The notes beneath the pieces were generated by a model, which had not been told where the DNA came from, did not search any database, and saw nothing but the letters and a program-made list of their open reading frames with translations. 64,000 nt of DNA from a virus: positions 79,094-143,093 of the IMG/VR virus record IMGVR_UViG_3300046791_000499. One strand, written 5' to 3'. How positions within the stretch are numbered: position 1 is the first letter of the stretch; each line of letters begins with the position of its first letter. The position numbers and the translations under genes are program-made. This document shows, in pieces, positions 46,086 through 55,102 of the stretch.

Positions 46086-46111
46086 TACCGCGACCGAGCG
46101 TGCCGTCTTCC
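46086..46111 (-). promoter_or_regulatory. ECF-type promoter variant GGAAG-N18-GTA
   Basis: 9 nt before ATG 46076. Confidence 0.5.
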
Positions 46112-46150
46112 CGCTGGCCACGCGAAGTTTGCCGGGGTATCGTTACACTG

Positions 46151-46172
46151 ATAACGAAACCCATAACGAAAC
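46151..46172 (+). repeat. Tandem ATAACGAAAC x2 upstream of putative terS
   Basis: 46151-46160 and 46163-46172; AT-rich in a high-GC context. Confidence 0.7.
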
Positions 46173-46176
46173 GTAC

Positions 46177-46845
46177 ATGCCACGCCACTCCATATTGGAC
46201 AGCCGTACAAAGCGTAATCGTGTAATCCGCGCCGTCGCCGATGGGATGACTTTGAAGGCGGCAGCGGAAGAAGTTGGGATGACGACCATGTCGCTCAGTC
46301 GGTATTGCCGCGCGCATCCCGAGTTCGCAGAGTCGCTGGCTCGAACCCGGGCGGCTGCGGCTGCCGGCCACAATGCCCCCGAACTCGAGCCGCCCGAGCC
46401 CATTGTCGACGAGCCCGATCCCACGCGCGACGCCAAACTGGTCGCCGAGGTTCTCGGGGTTCCGGCGGAGATCGCCATGGACGTCGACCGGCTGGTGCAG
46501 TCCGAGACCGAACTGGCGGTGGGCGAGGCTGTCCCTCGACTCACCCTGCGCTCGTACACGGACCTGTGTTGGAAGCGAGCGAGCGACGGGAAGCGGAAGG
46601 ACGCGTCGGCTTGGGCGAGGCTCCTGGCGCCTGTCATGTTCGGGCCGGTGCTCGATGCCCAAGGCCGGCGAGCCGCAGCGCTTGGCGTGCTCGAGTCTGC
46701 GTCCACGGCTGGCGAGCCCAGCGACACCGACGAAGACGAGAAGCCCTCGCGCGCTGGAATGACCGTGCTCGAAGTCCCAAGGAACGCAGCTCGGCCGCAC
46801 CTGCATCGCGACCGGGAGATCCTGGACGCCGAGGTCGTAGACTGA
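46177..46845 (+). CDS. Putative terminase small subunit (N-terminal HTH)
   Basis: VADGMTLKAAAEEVGM...Y-x3-HPEFAE; acidic tail EILDAEVVD. Confidence 0.55.
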   Translation: MPRHSILDSRTKRNRVIRAVADGMTLKAAAEEVGMTTMSLSRYCRAHPEFAESLARTRAAAAAGHNAPELEPPEPIVDEPDPTRDAKLVAEVLGVPAEIAMDVDRLVQSETELAVGEAVPRLTLRSYTDLCWKRASDGKRKDASAWARLLAPVMFGPVLDAQGRRAAALGVLESASTAGEPSDTDEDEKPSRAGMTVLEVPRNAARPHLHRDREILDAEVVD

Positions 46846-46852
46846 GCCGGCT

Positions 46853-46878
46853 GGAATCGGGCCCGCGGCACGGCGGTC
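46853..46878 (+). promoter_or_regulatory. ECF-type promoter GGAAT-N18-GTC
   Basis: 9 nt before ATG 46888. Confidence 0.7.
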
Positions 46879-46887
46879 TTGGTCAGC

Positions 46888-47406
46888 ATGAGCAGCGTCG
46901 ACGCCATCTTGTTCTACGGCTACCTGTGGTCTGACGAGGAGGATGACGGCGAGATCGCCTGTGCGATCCATTCTGAGACCGACCCGAGCAAATGCTCCTC
47001 CAACGATTGGGACTCCGTCGTTTACGCGAGGCGCGGCCATCTGAACCCATGGTCCAACTTCACCGAGGATGAGCGGCTCCCCTACGCCGAGCGACAAGCG
47101 GCAACCGCCCGATGGGTTGAGGAGAACCGCGAGGCCATCGACCGATTGCACAAGGAGCAGGCCGAGATCCGCGCGGAGTTCGGCGTCTCGCTCTCCTCTC
47201 ACGGCCATTACGACTGCTCGGTCCCTCATCTCCTGGTCGTCGGCACCAAGCAGACCGTCAGCTTCACCGAAGGGCTCGCGCTTGCGCCGAGCATGCTTGC
47301 CGTCGACCCCGACTGGCGCGACCGGCTCGACAAATGGCTGGCCGAGTTCGGCATCGCGGCGCCCCAGCCCGAGCCGAAATGGTGGATGGTCGCGCACTAC
47401 GGCTAG
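46888..47406 (+). CDS. Hypothetical phage protein
   Basis: DAILFYGY...PKWWMVAHYG. Confidence 0.65.
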   Translation: MSSVDAILFYGYLWSDEEDDGEIACAIHSETDPSKCSSNDWDSVVYARRGHLNPWSNFTEDERLPYAERQAATARWVEENREAIDRLHKEQAEIRAEFGVSLSSHGHYDCSVPHLLVVGTKQTVSFTEGLALAPSMLAVDPDWRDRLDKWLAEFGIAAPQPEPKWWMVAHYG

Positions 47407-47731
47407 AAGGCCGAGTGGCCACCAGTTCGCCTGGCGTGAAGCGACGCTGGTTGCCCATCGGCGTCTTCCCGAGCCGACCCCATTCGGCCAGTTCCGCCCA
47501 CAGCCGTGCGAAGCGTGGATCCGTCAGCGCCGCGAACCCGTCGTCATGCAGATGCAGTGTGGCAAAGCTCAGCCGATCGTGTCCCCAATCGAACGAGAAC
47601 TCGTACTTGCAGGAGCCGTCGCTATGGGACAGGCCAACGGTGATGGATGCGCTCTCGTCGACGAGCCTCGCCGCTTCCCAATGCCAGGCTTCATGGTTGA
47701 CGTGATACCCGGCGATGATGTCCTCGGTCAT
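47264..47731 (-). CDS. Hypothetical protein
   Basis: YEFSFDW...LHLHDDGF; 3' end overlaps convergent gene. Confidence 0.5.
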   Translation of the reverse strand: MTEDIIAGYHVNHEAWHWEAARLVDESASITVGLSHSDGSCKYEFSFDWGHDRLSFATLHLHDDGFAALTDPRFARLWAELAEWGRLGKTPMGNQRRFTPGELVATRPSSRSARPSTISARAGAPRCRTRPAICRAGRASRGRRQACSAQARALR

Positions 47732-47790
47732 GTCCCGTCAACCTCGGGTCCCGCGTCCGATTCCCTGGACCTCGTACCTGCCTCGGAGCA

Positions 47791-48558
47791 TCATGGCCCG
47801 ACCCAATCCAGCCCGTACGTTATGGCGCGCTCGAGGTCTTTCCCCGTGAACATGGCGGCGATGGCATCCGCGTCTTCTTTGACCAAGCACATGGCCTTGG
47901 GCAACCGACCTGGTGAAAGGCGAACCGCCCACTCGGACCCGCTCGCCAATGCTCGCCACGGCCGAGGTCGTAGCCGCGCGGCTACGTCGTGGCCAAGTTG
48001 TGTCAGCCCGAATGGACCACTCGTGGTCGGAGCCCACAGGCCGAATCGGACGGCCGTGTCGTAGGCCAAGCACTGCTCCTTGCTCGTCAGATCGATCGGC
48101 GTACTGCAGTCAGCCGCACAACGAAGGAGGAACGCTCGCAGGTTCCAGTTCTCCGCCGAATCATCAGCGCGGATTCGGGCGACGATGAGCCCCGCGTCAC
48201 TGGGCGCCGCGCCTCGTTCTCGTGGTGGCGCCTCCGGCTCACCGCGGCGGGCTTCCGCGTAATCGCGCTGCAGCTTCTCTGCTGCGTCGGTCCACGGCTC
48301 GAGCATGAGTTCGGCTGCGTCGATCAAGCACCGGTGCAGTTCGGCGCCGACGCGCTCGCCATCGACGGCCCACACGATGATCGAGTTCGCGTCGTGGCCA
48401 TCCAGCGGGATGCTCGTCTCCGATGCCTCGACCCACACGCGGCTGGTGAGTTGGCCGGGAGCCGGCTTGAAGTACCGGACCACCAATGTGATCGTGGCGA
48501 TCTCGTCTTCGGCTGCTGCGACCAACAGGCCGCGCTCGGGTGGGTCCTGCTCAGGCAT
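47791..48558 (-). CDS. Hypothetical protein
   Basis: Start revised to ATG 48558. Confidence 0.5.
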   Translation of the reverse strand: MPEQDPPERGLLVAAAEDEIATITLVVRYFKPAPGQLTSRVWVEASETSIPLDGHDANSIIVWAVDGERVGAELHRCLIDAAELMLEPWTDAAEKLQRDYAEARRGEPEAPPRERGAAPSDAGLIVARIRADDSAENWNLRAFLLRCAADCSTPIDLTSKEQCLAYDTAVRFGLWAPTTSGPFGLTQLGHDVAARLRPRPWRALASGSEWAVRLSPGRLPKAMCLVKEDADAIAAMFTGKDLERAITYGLDWVGP

Positions 48559-49135
48559 GACCGCGCTCGACCGAGTAGGTGTAGCTGGCAAGGTTGCCGC
48601 GCGAGAGCGGGCAGTTCTGGTCGTGCGTCTCGCCATCGTCTTCGTCGCACTCACACACGAGCCGGCCGTTGGCGTCCATCGTGACGACGGGGCATTCGGC
48701 CGTGCACATGAGCGCCGCCTCGACGACATGCTGGCGGGTCGACGCGATCGCCTGCATGTCTCCGTTGGTCGCAACCCAGCGCCCGACGAACGGGACATCG
48801 ACGAGCCAGCCGGGCAACGCTTCGAGCGCGAACGCACCCAGGGGCGTTCCATCACCGTGCTCACCGACATCGCTACCGAGCCGGTCCATCGGTCCAACCT
48901 CGTGGTCGCGAGCATCCATCCGTTCGCGCAAGGTCGAGACCTCGCCTGCGAGTGCGTCGAACTCGGCGCGCGAGGGAGGGCCGTTCTTCCCGGTCAGCTC
49001 GTCAACGTGGTCGAGCAAGGCAGCGATCTGATCAACGGGCAGCGAGACCGTGGTCCTGCCCTTGGCTACAGCCTTGGCGAGCGGTCGACGGATCAGGCGG
49101 ACCACCATTCCAAGGAGCGTGTCTTCGGCGCTCAT
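48551..49135 (-). CDS. Hypothetical protein
   Basis: Promoter upstream; coiled coil and Cys cluster. Confidence 0.5.
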   Translation of the reverse strand: MSAEDTLLGMVVRLIRRPLAKAVAKGRTTVSLPVDQIAALLDHVDELTGKNGPPSRAEFDALAGEVSTLRERMDARDHEVGPMDRLGSDVGEHGDGTPLGAFALEALPGWLVDVPFVGRWVATNGDMQAIASTRQHVVEAALMCTAECPVVTMDANGRLVCECDEDDGETHDQNCPLSRGNLASYTYSVERGHA

Positions 49136-49143
49136 GCTTGCTT

Positions 49144-49169
49144 GACCTGCGCGGAGGTCCGTCTATTTC
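49144..49169 (-). promoter_or_regulatory. ECF-type promoter variant GAAAT-N18-GTC
   Basis: 8 nt before ATG 49135. Confidence 0.55.
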
Positions 49170-49592
49170 CTAGTCGCTGCTACAGCTTGACGATCCTCCG
49201 CACGATGAGTCGCTGCTACTGCACCTCGAGTCGCTGTGGCTGTGGCCATGATCGTGCGAGTGGTGCGAGTAGTCGGGGCCGCAATCCGATGGAGCCTCGT
49301 GGTGATGGTGATGGACCGAATTGTCCGGCCAATAGTAGACCTCCGCGATCGGGCTGCTCCGATGAGACGTCGAGCGTGACGCCGCCGACCGAGTCGGTGC
49401 TACGGGCCGCGACGGGCGAGACGGCGACGTTGGGCCATAGGCCGGCGGAGTCGCGCTGTAGGTCTGGCGATCGGCGCTGCGGTGCGCAGGCTCATAGGTC
49501 GGGGTGCTGGTTTCGGTCTCGCGCGGCCGCATCCACCAGATCAGGACGGCGACCGCGAGAACGATGATGGTGACGACGATGACGGTGTCCAT
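49170..49592 (-). CDS. Membrane-anchored protein with His/Ser-rich tail
   Basis: N-terminal TM; HHHHH; SSSDSSCGGSSSCSSD. Confidence 0.6.
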   Translation of the reverse strand: MDTVIVVTIIVLAVAVLIWWMRPRETETSTPTYEPAHRSADRQTYSATPPAYGPTSPSRPSRPVAPTRSAASRSTSHRSSPIAEVYYWPDNSVHHHHHEAPSDCGPDYSHHSHDHGHSHSDSRCSSSDSSCGGSSSCSSD

Positions 49593-49602
49593 GTCCGGGC
49601 CC

Positions 49603-49628
49603 GACAGCGCGTGCGTGGCGACTATTCC
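49603..49628 (-). promoter_or_regulatory. ECF-type promoter GGAAT-N18-GTC
   Basis: 10 nt before ATG 49592. Confidence 0.6.
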
Positions 49629-50866
49629 CGGGTGCCATCGGGACGCCGCAAGCTATCGCAGTCGAGCCGCCGCCACAGCACGCCGACCCTCGCCGCCCAC
49701 ACCGAGTCGGGCTTGAAGCTGGACCACTTCGCCTGCGGGTAGTCGCACTCGAAGGCGCGCGCTGGTTCCTCGTTGGAGACGAAGTGCACGAGGTACTCGG
49801 CCGACTGCGGGCCCTGGCGCTCGCAGCCGAGATGTGTGCGCCGACACGACTCGAACTTTGGCGTCGGCCACGACGGCGGCGGGGCGAGTTGAGATCCGCT
49901 CGCCGTCGCGTATCGCACGTGCTCCCAGCGATCGACGGTGTAGGAGCACTTGTTCTCGTACACCGGAACATCGCGGTACTTGGTCTCGCAGACGCGGCGG
50001 GGCGGGCACCGGACGGAGCCGGACCCGTTGCCATTGTCGACCGTGCTGCACGACCCTGGCTCCGAGCGGCAAGTCTGACCATCGGGCACGTGGTTGACGT
50101 GGTGCAGTTCAGGGTGCCGGCTCACGCTATACGCGTCGCTCGGCATCGACGTGCACCAGTCGCTGTCGTGCACGGCGTCAAAGCGCTCGATCGAGATCTT
50201 CCGCTCCCACGTGTGGCCTTGCACTTCAATGCTGATGTCCTTCTTCCAGAACACGACCAGGCACAGCAGCATGGTGACCACGATGCCGGCCGCGACGGCG
50301 AGCCACTGGTGAGGGGAGAGGCTCGAGCCCGCGCCGATGCCATAGCTACGAAGGTCTGGCGTGTCGAAGTCGTCGATGGGCACGGCCACGGGTGCCGGAC
50401 GCGTTTCGATCCCCGCGCGGTCAGCTTGGTACCGCTCGGCGCGTTGCTGCTCGCGAGCGCGCTGAGCTTCCGGTTGGTGATGCGCGACTCGGGCAGCCCT
50501 CACCGCCGCTGCCCAGGCTTCGGCATCGCGCCGTGCATCGGCCACGGTCTCGCCTGCATGCTCTCCGATCGGCCGGCGCAGCGGGACTTGGGGCGAGCCG
50601 CTGAGCGGCGCACCGCAGCCGCAGCAATGCTGGTGCGAGGGGTCATTCAAGACCGAGCAGTGCAAGCAACTGACTTGCCGGCCGCTGCTCGGAGGCGTCA
50701 CGGCTTGCCGTTGCGACGCCGAAGGGAAGTACCGCAGCCCAGCATCCTGTGGGTGGCCGCAGCCAGGGCAGCACTTGTGCGTGACCCCAAGGTTGGCGAC
50801 GCGGTCGCAAGCCGGGCAGTCCCAGAACATCTCGAATGTGCTTTTGACGTATGCGTTCGCGGCCAT
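49622..50866 (-). CDS. Double zinc-ribbon membrane protein with Cys-rich extracytoplasmic domain
   Basis: WDCPAC...CPGCG, CLHC...CCGCGAPL, TM, DNGNG, C-x-YTVDRW. Confidence 0.7.
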   Translation of the reverse strand: MAANAYVKSTFEMFWDCPACDRVANLGVTHKCCPGCGHPQDAGLRYFPSASQRQAVTPPSSGRQVSCLHCSVLNDPSHQHCCGCGAPLSGSPQVPLRRPIGEHAGETVADARRDAEAWAAAVRAARVAHHQPEAQRAREQQRAERYQADRAGIETRPAPVAVPIDDFDTPDLRSYGIGAGSSLSPHQWLAVAAGIVVTMLLCLVVFWKKDISIEVQGHTWERKISIERFDAVHDSDWCTSMPSDAYSVSRHPELHHVNHVPDGQTCRSEPGSCSTVDNGNGSGSVRCPPRRVCETKYRDVPVYENKCSYTVDRWEHVRYATASGSQLAPPPSWPTPKFESCRRTHLGCERQGPQSAEYLVHFVSNEEPARAFECDYPQAKWSSFKPDSVWAARVGVLWRRLDCDSLRRPDGTRE

Positions 50867-50874
50867 CCGGTGGG

Positions 50875-51354
50875 TCAACCGGCCTCGCCCTGTGACATTC
50901 CCGCCGAATGCAATGGGCATGGCTTGCCTACCAACTGCTCGAACTCGCACCCGCGGCAGTCACCCTCGACCGGCGTGGTCCACGAATACCCATCGGCCGC
51001 GTCTGTGATCACGGTCTCGTCGGTCTTGCACGAGCACTCGACGCGGTGCGCTGGGTCGACCGGTCGCCAGTAGTGACGAGCGACACCGGGATGATGGTTG
51101 TCCTGCTCCGCGCCGACCATGCCGAAGGCTCGGAGAGCGCGCCGGAGTTGCTTCGGCTTCGCCCGCTTGCCGCCTGCTCCGATCGATATGTGCCATTGCG
51201 GACCTGCCCCGTTGCCGTCAGGGTACTCGGCGTTGGCGAGCGCGGACAGCACGACGATCGAACCGAGTCGCCAGGCGCTCGAGGTCATCGACGGGCGTCC
51301 ACCTGGCCAGTCGATCTCTTCCCATTCGAGCGGGTCCGGTCGCAGTTCTCGCAT
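50875..51354 (-). CDS. Hypothetical phage protein
   Basis: QWHISI...EQDNHHPGVARHYW; start ATG 51354. Confidence 0.6.
   Translation of the reverse strand: MRELRPDPLEWEEIDWPGGRPSMTSSAWRLGSIVVLSALANAEYPDGNGAGPQWHISIGAGGKRAKPKQLRRALRAFGMVGAEQDNHHPGVARHYWRPVDPAHRVECSCKTDETVITDAADGYSWTTPVEGDCRGCEFEQLVGKPCPLHSAGMSQGEAG
50877..50901 (-). promoter_or_regulatory. ECF-type promoter GGAAT-N17-GTT
   Basis: 10 nt before ATG 50866. Confidence 0.7.
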
Positions 51355-51362
51355 GGTCTGGA

Positions 51363-51388
51363 GACCAGGGAGCAAGCGCCGGGATTCC
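51363..51388 (-). promoter_or_regulatory. ECF-type promoter GGAAT-N18-GTC
   Basis: 8 nt before ATG 51354. Confidence 0.7.
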
Positions 51389-51391
51389 GGG

Positions 51392-51877
51392 CTACGGGAC
51401 CGGCGCAGCGTTCAGGTCGGCAACGCAAGCAGCGAGCCGATCGATGGCGGCCTGGATCGTCGCGGGCGATCCAGCCCAGTCAGCGGGGGTTCCCGGCGTG
51501 AACGCGGCGTCGACCTTGAGCGCTGCGATGGCCGCCGCGAAGGCGGTCGTGGCGATCTGAGTCGTGTTGGTCCCAGGCACCGCGGTCGGAGCTGCGGGGA
51601 CACCCGTGAAGGTCGGCGACGCGATGTTGGCTTTGAGCGCTGCGATAGCAGCAGCAAACGCCGTGGTCGCAATCTGCGTGGAGTTCGTGCCGGGCGCAGC
51701 AGTCGGGGCAGTTGGTGTTCCCGTGAGCGCAGGCGAGAGCAGCGGCGCTTTCAGGGCGAGGTTCGTGACGACGGTGTTGAACGAGTCTTTGACGGTCGGG
51801 CCACCGGCTGTGCTGGTGTCCGTGATATCGAAGCTGTCTGCCGTCGAAGCAGAACTCTGGCCGGAGAGATGGCTCAT
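51392..51877 (-). CDS. Short protein with two phage tail-fibre repeats
   Basis: SP-x-x-TG-x-P-x-APTA-x-PGTN-x-TQIATTAF twice. Confidence 0.75.
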   Translation of the reverse strand: MSHLSGQSSASTADSFDITDTSTAGGPTVKDSFNTVVTNLALKAPLLSPALTGTPTAPTAAPGTNSTQIATTAFAAAIAALKANIASPTFTGVPAAPTAVPGTNTTQIATTAFAAAIAALKVDAAFTPGTPADWAGSPATIQAAIDRLAACVADLNAAPVP

Positions 51878-52311
51878 GGTGACGCTCCTGACGGGAGGGT
51901 TGAACAGCCCGCGGTCGGGATAACCCACAGCCACGGAGCCGAGCCGACCGCGAAAGCTGGCACCGCGATCACGAAGACATCTCCCGGGGATACATCGGTC
52001 TCGGTGACCTCGTGCCCGATGATGGCGCCAGATGTGGCGACGAGCGGACGAACGAGCGTCTTCCGACCGGGCGTCCGCGAAAGCTTGACCAGGCAGGTCG
52101 AGATGCTGGTCGTGGTGTCGGGCACCTGCTCAGCGGTCTCGCCTTTGCCGTTCATCCCAACGACGGTCCAACGAACCACGGAGGCGGTGGCGATCAGCCG
52201 GACCACGTCCGCGTCTGGCACGGTGAGCGTCGCGTCGTCGGCCCACGAATCACCGCCGAAGCTGGACGTGTCCAACTTGCGGATCATTTGGGTGTCGATG
52301 TCGAGAGGCAC
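51874..52311 (-). CDS. Hypothetical beta-rich protein (possible virion partner)
   Basis: GTG 52311, 8 nt after TG-A-TAGCCT; ATGA-coupled to fibre-repeat gene. Confidence 0.5.
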   Translation of the reverse strand: MPLDIDTQMIRKLDTSSFGGDSWADDATLTVPDADVVRLIATASVVRWTVVGMNGKGETAEQVPDTTTSISTCLVKLSRTPGRKTLVRPLVATSGAIIGHEVTETDVSPGDVFVIAVPAFAVGSAPWLWVIPTAGCSTLPSGASP

Positions 52312-52365
52312 GCCGGCAGAGGCTATCACACCTAGCCGGCTGGATGGCAAGGGCCACGCTGAGAC

Positions 52366-52743
52366 CTACGCAGGACCACGCGCTGCCCGAGCCTTGCGGG
52401 TCACCGGTGCCGACACGAGCAGCCGAGCCACGCCGTCCTGGTCGTGCAGCGACGGGCCGGTGCATGCGTCCCAATGGCCGGGCAGTTCGAGTTCGTAGAT
52501 GCCCCACGTCCGGGTGTCATAGCCGGCCAGGCGCAAGGTCACCGCGCTCGCGGGAGGATCATCCACGAAGGCCGCGGCATCCTCGAGCGTGCGAAACACG
52601 TAGCCGCCGTTGTAGGTGCTGCCGTCGGGGTCGGGACAGCGCCCGAGTTTGTGCATGCGCCGGCCCTCAAGCGCGACCTCGGTGAGCGCCTGATCGTAGC
52701 TGGCCTCTTTGCCGACGGTGAAGGCGAGCCGGTCGATGGTCAT
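52366..52743 (-). CDS. Hypothetical phage protein
   Basis: KLGR...YNGGYVF motif; RBS GAGAGG. Confidence 0.55.
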   Translation of the reverse strand: MTIDRLAFTVGKEASYDQALTEVALEGRRMHKLGRCPDPDGSTYNGGYVFRTLEDAAAFVDDPPASAVTLRLAGYDTRTWGIYELELPGHWDACTGPSLHDQDGVARLLVSAPVTRKARAARGPA

Positions 52744-52750
52744 GTGCCTC

Positions 52751-53197
52751 TCAGAACGGGATATCGTCATCATCCGGCCCCGTTGGCGAGTAGTCGCCGG
52801 GGTCGAACTGCCGCTCGGGTCCGCGGTCGGACGCACCATCACTGCCGCGTTGCTGCTCACCCTGGCGACCGCCGCCGAGGAACGTGACCACGTCGGCCTT
52901 GACCTCGGTCGAGTACTTCTTGACGCCGTCCTTGTCGTCGTAGCTGCGCGTCTGCAGTCGACCCTCGACGTAGACCTGGCGGCCCTTGACGAGATGCCGG
53001 TTGCACAGTTCGGCGAGTTCAGCGAACACCGAGACCTTGTGCCACTCCGTCTCCTCGACCATCTCGTTGCTCTGCTTGTTCCTCCACTTGCGGGTTGTGG
53101 CGACCGACAGATTGCAGACGGCTGTGCCGCCTTGGGTGTAGCGCATCTCGGGATCTCGCCCGAGGTTTCCAATCAACATGACTTTGTTTAGGGACAT
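52751..53197 (-). CDS. ssb: Single-stranded DNA-binding protein
   Basis: LNKVMLIGNLGRDPEMRYT...TEWH...KGRQVYVEGRLQTRSY...DDDIPF. Confidence 0.97.
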   Translation of the reverse strand: MSLNKVMLIGNLGRDPEMRYTQGGTAVCNLSVATTRKWRNKQSNEMVEETEWHKVSVFAELAELCNRHLVKGRQVYVEGRLQTRSYDDKDGVKKYSTEVKADVVTFLGGGRQGEQQRGSDGASDRGPERQFDPGDYSPTGPDDDDIPF

Positions 53198-53208
53198 TTT
53201 TCTCCGGT

Positions 53209-53466
53209 TCAATTCGCAGGTTCTGGGTTCGGGTTGCCCGAGCGGGCGAGTAGTTCGAGCCAGGTTCCGGGCCCGTGGGACTCGGTCAACTCGGCAGCCC
53301 ATCGCATGTTTCGGGCGTAGCGGGCGGACTGCTCACTGCTGCCTCGACCTCGGCGGGCTTCAAGCTCCCACCATCGGGCACGGCGGCGGTAGTCATCGCG
53401 GGTTCGAGGCGTCGCCAGCATCGGACCGATCCGGCGCTGAGCTTCGGTGATCTGCTCGTCTGTCAT
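53209..53466 (-). CDS. Small hypothetical protein
   Basis: ATGA-coupled. Confidence 0.4.
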   Translation of the reverse strand: MTDEQITEAQRRIGPMLATPRTRDDYRRRARWWELEARRGRGSSEQSARYARNMRWAAELTESHGPGTWLELLARSGNPNPEPAN

Positions 53467-54212
53467 CGCAGCAACTGCTCCAATCGGTTCATGAACTGGG
53501 CACTGATCGTCGGGTCTGTGGCTGGCCCATGCGCAGCGAGGATGACGTACTGCTCCGCGACCTCGCGAACCACCGCTTGCCAGTCCTCCCCCTCGCGTGG
53601 GTGAAACAAATGCAGCGTGCCGGCGATCTCGATCCTGGCCTCGATCGCTGCGCTGACCTGCTCGGGCGGAAGGCCGATCGGGTTCGGCAGCACGCGGTCC
53701 TGCGCGCCGGGCTGGTAGAGCAGGGCCTCTTGGTGAAGCGAAACATGGTCCGCCCACTCGACGGCTGGATGTTCGTTCACGAAGGCGACGATGGCCGGTG
53801 CGTTCTCGGTCCCGACGAGATGCTCGGCGATCGCCACGAGGATCCCGGCCTCGAGCGCCGACCGATCCGGCGTCTTGATCGGACCGAGGTCGTCGCCGAC
53901 GTAGCCCTCGGGGCTGTCATGGATCAATCCCGCAAGGGTGAGCCCGATGATCGTGAGGGCATGTTCGATCTTGATGAGGTCGCGTGCTCGCAGCCACCAA
54001 TACACGAGCCGACCGACACGCATCGAATGCGACGCGCCCGACTGCGGGTGAGGACACTCGGAGGGGTCGAGCAACTGCCCATTGAATCGGGTCACCCCAC
54101 GGCGAAGGCCGCGAGCGACGTCCGGTAGATGGACAGCATTCGCCTTGGGATTGACCGGATCGAAGCACCGGCCGGAGCCTGTTGAGATGGACGTCGGAGT
54201 CGGAAGGAGCAC
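53463..54212 (-). CDS. HD-domain phosphohydrolase (YfbR/YfdR-like deoxynucleotidase)
   Basis: TGSGRCFD, RFNG, SHS, LIHDSPEGYVGD..PIK, WAD. Confidence 0.8.
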   Translation of the reverse strand: MLLPTPTSISTGSGRCFDPVNPKANAVHLPDVARGLRRGVTRFNGQLLDPSECPHPQSGASHSMRVGRLVYWWLRARDLIKIEHALTIIGLTLAGLIHDSPEGYVGDDLGPIKTPDRSALEAGILVAIAEHLVGTENAPAIVAFVNEHPAVEWADHVSLHQEALLYQPGAQDRVLPNPIGLPPEQVSAAIEARIEIAGTLHLFHPREGEDWQAVVREVAEQYVILAAHGPATDPTISAQFMNRLEQLLR

Positions 54213-54220
54213 GACTCTGA

Positions 54221-54246
54221 AACAACGCCGCGACCAGCGGCATTCC
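54221..54246 (-). promoter_or_regulatory. ECF-type promoter GGAAT-N18-GTT
   Basis: 8 nt before GTG 54212; directly downstream of the sigma gene. Confidence 0.7.
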
Positions 54247-54250
54247 AGCA

Positions 54251-55024
54251 CTACGCCGCCATCGCGAGCGAGTCGAGTTGCGCGGTCAGTTCTTCGAGCA
54301 CCATGTCGTGGTCCTTGGAATCGGTGACGTCGAGCAGGACAGCAAGGCGAATGACCTCGGCCTGAGCGGGCCGGCGTCCGCGGGTCGTCATGCGCTCGCC
54401 GGCAGGCGAGGCACCTTCGCTGAGCAGTTCGATCTCGGCCGCGTGAGCGTGGAGGATCTTGTGCAAGAGCTTCCGGCCCCGATAGATCCTGCTCATGATC
54501 GTGCCGATCGGGCAGTCCATGATCTCGGCGATCTCTTTGAGCGAGAGCCCGTCGAGATCGACGTAGGCAACCGCGTCGCGGTAGTTGGCCGGCAACAGGG
54601 CGAGCGCGTTGCGGATCATCTGCTGCGTCATCGCGGCGCACACAGCCTCCTCGGGTCCAGGCGGTTGGCTGGTCGAGTTCGCCACCGCAACCGACGAACC
54701 GAGCGAGCGCATCTGCGAGCTGACCGAATCATGGAACTCGCGCTGCCGACCTCGACGGTGGTAGCCGTTGATGAAGGTGTTGCGCAGGATCGTGAACATC
54801 CACGCTTTGATGTTGCTGCCTTCGTCGAACGTGTCCCAGAATCGGAAGGCACGGACGAACGAGTCCTGCACGAGATCCTCGGCTTCGGCTGGGTCGCGAG
54901 TCAGGCGCATCGCGGCACCGTACAGACTGTCGCCGAGCGGGAGCGCCAGCGCTTCGAACCGACGACGATCGGCGGCGGACATGACTCGACAACGAGAATG
55001 GTCTTGGGCTTCGGTGGCGGACAT
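54251..55024 (-). CDS. ECF sigma-70 factor (SigR/SigH/RpoE-like)
   Basis: LYGAAMRLTRDPAEAEDLVQD...KAWMFTILRNTFIN (region 2); EIAEIMDCPIGTIMSRIYRGR (region 4). Confidence 0.95.
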   Translation of the reverse strand: MSATEAQDHSRCRVMSAADRRRFEALALPLGDSLYGAAMRLTRDPAEAEDLVQDSFVRAFRFWDTFDEGSNIKAWMFTILRNTFINGYHRRGRQREFHDSVSSQMRSLGSSVAVANSTSQPPGPEEAVCAAMTQQMIRNALALLPANYRDAVAYVDLDGLSLKEIAEIMDCPIGTIMSRIYRGRKLLHKILHAHAAEIELLSEGASPAGERMTTRGRRPAQAEVIRLAVLLDVTDSKDHDMVLEELTAQLDSLAMAA

Positions 55025-55102
55025 GTGTGAAGCGTATCCCAGATCCAGCCCGAGTATTCCCAAACTGATCACGAAACTTGATCGGGCCGTGTGCGACAAC
55101 CG

